From Trichoplax sp. H2 (taxonomy: Eukaryota), in the NCBI GenBank assembly GCA_003344405.1, contig NOWV01000162.1, positions 124,001 to 179,823 of the forward strand: a DNA stretch of 55,823 nucleotides, read 5' to 3'. Under the pieces are notes generated by a model. It was not told the origin of the DNA and made no database searches. It was given only the letters and a program-made list of their open reading frames with translations. Each line of letters begins with the position of its first letter. The stretch's first letter is position 1. Shown piece after piece: positions 50,101 to 55,823 of the stretch. The position numbers and the translations under genes were made by a program.

Positions 50101-53100
50101 AATCATTGCATACCGTAGGTTTACGCATATTCAATGGCTGTTGTCAAATTAATTTTTTTAAAATAGGACAGTGAGCTGAGTTAATACTGAATTAGTTCTT
50201 TGTAAATAATAAATGCCATAACTTAAAATAAGATAGGAGTACTTATCCTAGACTTCAATTTTAATCTCTTTAAGGAAATTATGGATCAAGTCTGTCTATT
50301 AGTCTGAAATAATTGAACTTGCAGGACAGTACGCACATTGACAGTATAACTTACTGTACTGTACTGTACACTATACAGTAGATCAAGCATTATAGTGCAA
50401 TAATTATAATTTATTTAAATGGACCGATTCATTCAGTCAATTTGTCATTTAAATATTGCGATGGATTGATACAAATGTATTCCATGTAGTAGATGTTATT
50501 CATTTTCTATCTTATTGGAGTGCGTACATGGTACGTGCTAATTCTTTTAATGGAGTTGAAGTAAGTGAAGTTGTTTATTTTTCTCTCAGCTCTTTGCGAT
50601 TTTCCCTGCGTAAATGGAGGAAAGTGTACTGGACCAAACAAATGTACATGCGCACCCGGATTCAGTGGAGACGATTGCTCAATTAGTACGTTTATATATA
50701 TATATCATATATGTCATATACACCATACAGTACACGTATTTTTCATACAAAAAATTAAACTACAATACTAGAGTCTAAAAGTAACTACTATAGAAGTAGA
50801 AAGCTAACTGGTAAGAGTAGGAACCATTAAAACTTTTGCAAACGTAGATGTACTCGTTCGATTGGAATTTATTCCCTTTTAAAGCTTTCAATTTTATACT
50901 TTTTATAGCATTGGTTTTACTAATCATTCTGTAATAATATGATTATTCTAGGGATTGACATCGGCATTTGCTATCATAATTACACCAAAGGAAATTGCAG
51001 TAACCCTTACAGCAGATCTCTATCGAAGAATGACTGTTGTAAAAAGTTTAAGGGTATGGCATGGGGAAGTCATTGTCAACCGTGTCATGGTTTCGTTGAT
51101 GTTTCTTCACGTTACGACAATCAGGCCTTCATGCCGCGTGAAGTTTACACAACAGGTACTGCCTTAAAAAAGTACTTTAGAATAGATTGTTGAAAATAGA
51201 ATTATTCTTATTCTTATAATAAAATTACACATAGCACATTCATACTTGATTACGGCATCCATATTGCTATAGATCAGCTATCGTTTATCATTTGGAGTTA
51301 TTAATCTTTTCGTTTGTACTAACCTCTATTAATAACTCTACTTGCAAACGAAAGTGTTAACATTTCTCGATCATATTGTCGTAGGTGATGCCAATCTATC
51401 TATCTATCTGTATATGTACAGTATTTCTATAGTCAGGAGATAATAATACGTATTTGTTACCAATTATGAGTGTGTTGAACATTTGGACACTATTGTAGTA
51501 CCGACGGTACTGGATTAGATAGTGATTAATAGTCTAGCTTTTACACTAGCTCATTTTACATAGTAGTTTTAAATCAATAGAACTTTTTTTATATTTGTAG
51601 GTGCACCAACACACGCCGTCTACACTGATTCTGCAACTTGTGTTGCGTGGGGACAGTCTCATTATCAAACTTTCGATGGCACTAATTACGATTTTCATGG
51701 TCTTTGCAATTACAATTTAGTCCAAGATTGTGTCGATAATAGCTTCGCCGTTCAAACTAGATCTATTCCTTGTACTGGACTAGTAAGTTGTCCACGTAAT
51801 GTAACTATTTTTATAGGAGAATCATTGAAGGTCAAATTCGAACCGCCACAGTTAGTACGAGTTAACGGTGCATTAGTTACTGTACCTTATAGCGGCAATG
51901 GTGTAAGTATTGGCAGTCATGGTAACCATTTATACTTTTCATGTGGTCTTGGTTTTCGTGTTAAATGGGACGGTCAATCGTCTGTTTATGTTACCGTTGA
52001 AAAGACTAAAATGAATAAGTTATGTGGTCTTTGTGGAAGCTACGATAATCAACCTAACAATGACTTTACTACTAGTACCAGTACTGTCGTTACATCTGCT
52101 GCAACGTTTGGTAATAGCTGGAAAGCGAATGAATACGGTGAATCGTGCCCTGATGTTGCCGATCGGTCATCAGCATGTCAACCCAACTCTTCTTTGGTTG
52201 CTACTGCTCAACAAGTTTGTAGTAAGATTTATTCTGACGCTTTTAAAGCCTGTCATCCCTTAGTGGCTGCGGAAGATTACTATCATTGGTGTTTAGAAGA
52301 TGTTTGTTCTTGCAATGCTAGCAACTCTTCAGTTTGTGCTTGTAATGCATTAACAGAGTATAGCCGTAAATGTGTTCGTTTAGGGGCTCGTAATCTATCT
52401 TGGCGTACACCAGATTTTTGTCCTAAACAATGTAGCTCTGGAATGATTTTCAATGAGTGTGCGTCGATGTGCCCTTTAACGTGTACCAGAAGAGCATCGA
52501 ACTCCAGCCAGTGTAACAGTGACTGCTACGATGGTTGTGAATGTCCACCAAATAAAGTTTTACATGATAGTAGTTGTATTGATGTAGCCAGTTGTCCGTG
52601 TGTCCACAACAAGCTAAATTACATGCCTGGAGCTGTACTAAAGCAAGACTGCAATAATTGGTGAGTGTAAATTATCACTTCATAAATAGGAACTAATCGG
52701 TCGATAGAATGTCTAGTAATATCAATTGATTATTATAGATGATACGCAAATTGATAGTAATGTTATTGTCGTAAGACATACTTTTAATGTTTTAGCGAAG
52801 GCAGTATTACTGTATAGATCGTATAGTACAGCTACTTTTCAATTGTACTGATATATTTACTCGTTACATTTTATAACTAGCACTTGTAAAGATGGCTTGT
52901 GGGAGTGTACGAAGAAAACATGCGATAGTACCTGTTCTTCACTTAGAGGTGGCAATTTTATAACGTTTGACAAGTTGCGTTACAAGTTTCATGGTAATTG
53001 TGAATACTACTTGGCGCAAGATCTTGATAAGAAATTTACAGTCACTATAAAGATTTATCCGTGTGGATTACATGATCTTTCAACGTGTACAGAATCTTTA

Positions 53101-55823
53101 AAGATTAAATTATCAAATGATACCTTTATCTTGAAAAAGAATCAAACTGTCATGGTCAATAATCAATTAGTAACATTGCCTTACTTTACTGAAGCTGTAA
53201 CAGTTAAAAGTGCGACTGCTTCTCTCATTTCTTTTCATGCAAAAATTGGATTAGAATTAACATGGAATGGTGATTCTAGTACTTATGTAACTGTAAGTTC
53301 TGCATTTTATGACAAAACTCGAGGTTTATGCGGTATTTTTAACGGTAATCAAAACGACGATTACACTACGCTAGAAGACAATGTTGAGTCATCACCGATA
53401 CAATTTGCTAACACATGGAAAGTTGACAGTGCATGTCAAGATGTTGATCCTTCTGTTACAGCGCCTGACCCTTGTCAGGTATCTCTACAACGTAAAGTTC
53501 CTGCTGAAAATATGTGTAGCATTATCAAAAATGGTGACGCCTTTACGCCTTGTCATTCTGTTGTTAATCCAGACTACTATTATGATAATTGCTTATCTGC
53601 TGTATGCAGTTGTAGTAACCAAGATTGTTTATGCCCGGCTTTAGCTGAATATGCTAGAGAGTGCAGTATAAAAGGGATGTTATTAGACTGGAGAAATGCT
53701 AGTAACTGTATAAAGCAATGTCCTGTTGGTCAAGTTTATAATGAATGTGGATCATCTTGCGACCGAACCTGCGCTGAAATCGCTAGTGATTTGGATGTGT
53801 GTTCAAATAAGTGTACAGCTGGATGTAGCTGTCCGTCAGGTACAGTACTTAACAATAACAATACTTGTGTAATACCTGCAGAATGCCCTTGTAGTCATCA
53901 AGGAATCACATACGAACCTGGCTCTAGGCGTAATTCAACATGTAGCAGCTGTCTATGTAGTGGAGGGCGATGGATTTGTAGCGATATAGATTGCGATAAT
54001 TTATGTCCAAATAATCAAGTCTACAGCAATTGTACCACGCTATGTGATCCCACTTGCGAAAATTTTGATCATGAATGTGTTGCTTCCAGTGTATGTACTG
54101 AAGGATGTAAATGTCCTGCTGGACTAGTTTTAAATGAGGACACTAAAACTTGTGTAAACAGGTCTGCATGTCCTTGCCATGATGGTGGTAAGCACTACCT
54201 TCCTGGTGAGGTAATTCAGCGTGATTGTAACAACTGTACGTGTATTGGAAAGAAATGGTCTTGTACAAAGAAAGATTGCGCTGGAATTTGTTCAGCAACT
54301 GGAGATCCGCATTATGCAACATACGATGGGTTGCGTTATACATTTAGCGGTAAATGCAGCTATGTCCTATCGAAACCATGTAATAATAATAATTTCGAAA
54401 TAACTGTCGAGAACATACCATGTGGTGTCAGTGGCTCTACATGTACAAAAGCTGTAACTATAAGTATTGGCAACATGACGATCCATCTAATGCGTGGTCG
54501 GTTAATTACCATCGATGGTGTGGAGATATCATTGCCTAAAATACAAAATAATGTTACAATTTTGAAAGCTGGTTTATTTGTCATTGTCAAATCAAGTCTT
54601 GGGTTTAGTGTTATGTGGGATGGTGCTCTTCGAGTTTACGTCCGACTTAGCCCTGATTATAAAGGATTGATGTGTGGGTTGTGTGGTAACTTTGATGGTA
54701 ACGGAGGAAACGACTTGAAGTCAAGAAATAATATGCTTGAGAGTAGGGTTGACGATTTTGCAAATAGTTGGAAAGTTGATGAATCATGCAGTGATGTTGT
54801 TGAAGATATTAACAGGGATACATGCAAAATCAATCCGCATCGCTACGATTGGGCTCATTTAAAATGCAGTATTATCAACGGACCCCTTTTCAAGTCCTGC
54901 CATGCAAAAGTTGATTCCAATGCTTTCTATAAAAGTTGCTTACAAGATGCTTGTGGATGTGACTATGGCGGCGACTGTGATTGCTTATGTACTGCAATTG
55001 CTGCCTATGCTCAGGAATGTAATCAGAAAGGAGTACACGTGTCATGGAGATCCGAAAATTTGTGTCCAGTCCAATGTACTCATGGAACCGAATACAGTCC
55101 ATGCGGAAAAATTTGTTCTACGACAGAGCAATCTTTTCCCGATAAAGATATTTGTGGAGAATACCAATGCGTAGAAGGATGTCATTGTCCAGAAGATCAT
55201 TATTTCTATAACGGAACATGTATATGTGACTGTTGCACACCACAACCAACTGGTACGCCTACTGCAACACCAACCCCTACTAGTACACCTACTACACCAA
55301 CACCAACAAGTACACCTACTACAACACCAACTCCAACTACTAGTAAACCTACAACAACACCAACTCCAACTCCAACAAGTAAACCTACAACAACACCTAC
55401 TCCAACTAGTAAACCTACTACAACACCAACTCCTACTAGTAAAGCTACTACAACACCAACTCCAACTAGTAAACCTACAACAACACCAACTCCAACTAGT
55501 AAACCTACAACAACACCAACACCTACTAGTAAACCTACAACAACACCAACACCAACTAGTAAACCTACTACAACACCAACTCCTACTAGTAAGCCTACTA
55601 CAACACCAACTCCAACTAGTAAACCTACTACAACACCAACTCCTACTAGTAAACCTACAACAACACCAACACCAACTAGTAAACCTACTACAACACCAAC
55701 TCCTACTAGTAAACCTACTACAACACCAACTCCAACTAGTAAACCTACTACAACACCAACTCCTACTAGTAAACCTACAACAACACCAACTCCTACTAGT
55801 AAACCTACAACAACACCAACTCC
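44131..55823 (+). CDS. Large secreted vWD/gel-forming-mucin-like glycoprotein (SCO-spondin/otogelin/hemolectin/mucin superfamily), 5' part, continuing beyond the window
   Basis: Phase-consistent exons: 44131-44219 (signal peptide [28 protein letters not shown]), 47866-48069, 48214-48311 ([11 protein letters not shown]), EGF exons 48840-48932, 49700-49795 and 50590-50685, TB-like exon 50952-51155, D1 exon 51601-52660 ([11 protein letters not shown]...[10 protein letters not shown]8, TIL), and an open exon from 52881 to the window end (D2 [11 protein letters not shown]', D3 [11 protein letters not shown]...[10 protein letters not shown], then PTS repeat). Linkage of the first exon is inferred. 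Confidence 0.9.
49109..49480. other. Intronic structured or regulatory element: nested inverted repeats, three CACGTG, TACNG cluster, TGACGTCA
   Basis: CACGTG at 49178, 49193 and 49206. Several complementary arms lie in 49109-49211, a GTACTGTACGGTACGGTACAGTAC run at ~49259-49282, and TGACGTCA at 49473-49480. Function is unknown. Confidence 0.45.
55261..55823 (+). repeat. Coding 30-bp tandem repeat ([10 protein letters not shown])n, the mucin PTS domain, truncated by the window end
   Basis: A regular period of 30 runs from 55381 (AAACCTAC(A/T)ACAACACCAAC(T/A)CC(A/T)ACTAGT) for about 15 units, with degenerate units at 55261-55380. It is in frame with D3. Confidence 0.97.

Overview
AT-rich eukaryotic genomic DNA with many short GT-AG introns and animal-specific genes. 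The compact architecture suggests a placozoan (Trichoplax-like) genome, but this is inference. Seven protein-coding genes are supported by manual splicing and translation: the 3' part of cullin-2 (+), acyl-CoA-binding protein (+), SNAPC1 (-), an intronless SEC61 alpha (-), Par-3/PARD3 (+), TFIP11 (+) and the 5' part of a large secreted vWD/mucin-like gene (+) that runs off the window. Most short ORFs in the supplied track are spurious or exon fragments. The main unusual observations are: (i) a 101-bp tandem array carrying seven near-identical 25-bp-stem hairpins upstream of TFIP11; (ii) a mucin whose N-terminus resembles fibrillin (CCPGW, three EGFs, TB/hybrid-like module) ahead of D1-D2-D'-D3 and a PTS repeat, with GDPH in D3; (iii) a Par-3 apparently lacking PDZ1; (iv) a multi-stem element with three E-boxes in a mucin intron; (v) TACNG-pentamer clusters at gene starts; (vi) an apparent 1-nt frameshift at the TFIP11 start. 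No tRNA, rRNA, CRISPR array or transposase was recognised. All alignments were by eye, with no database searches.
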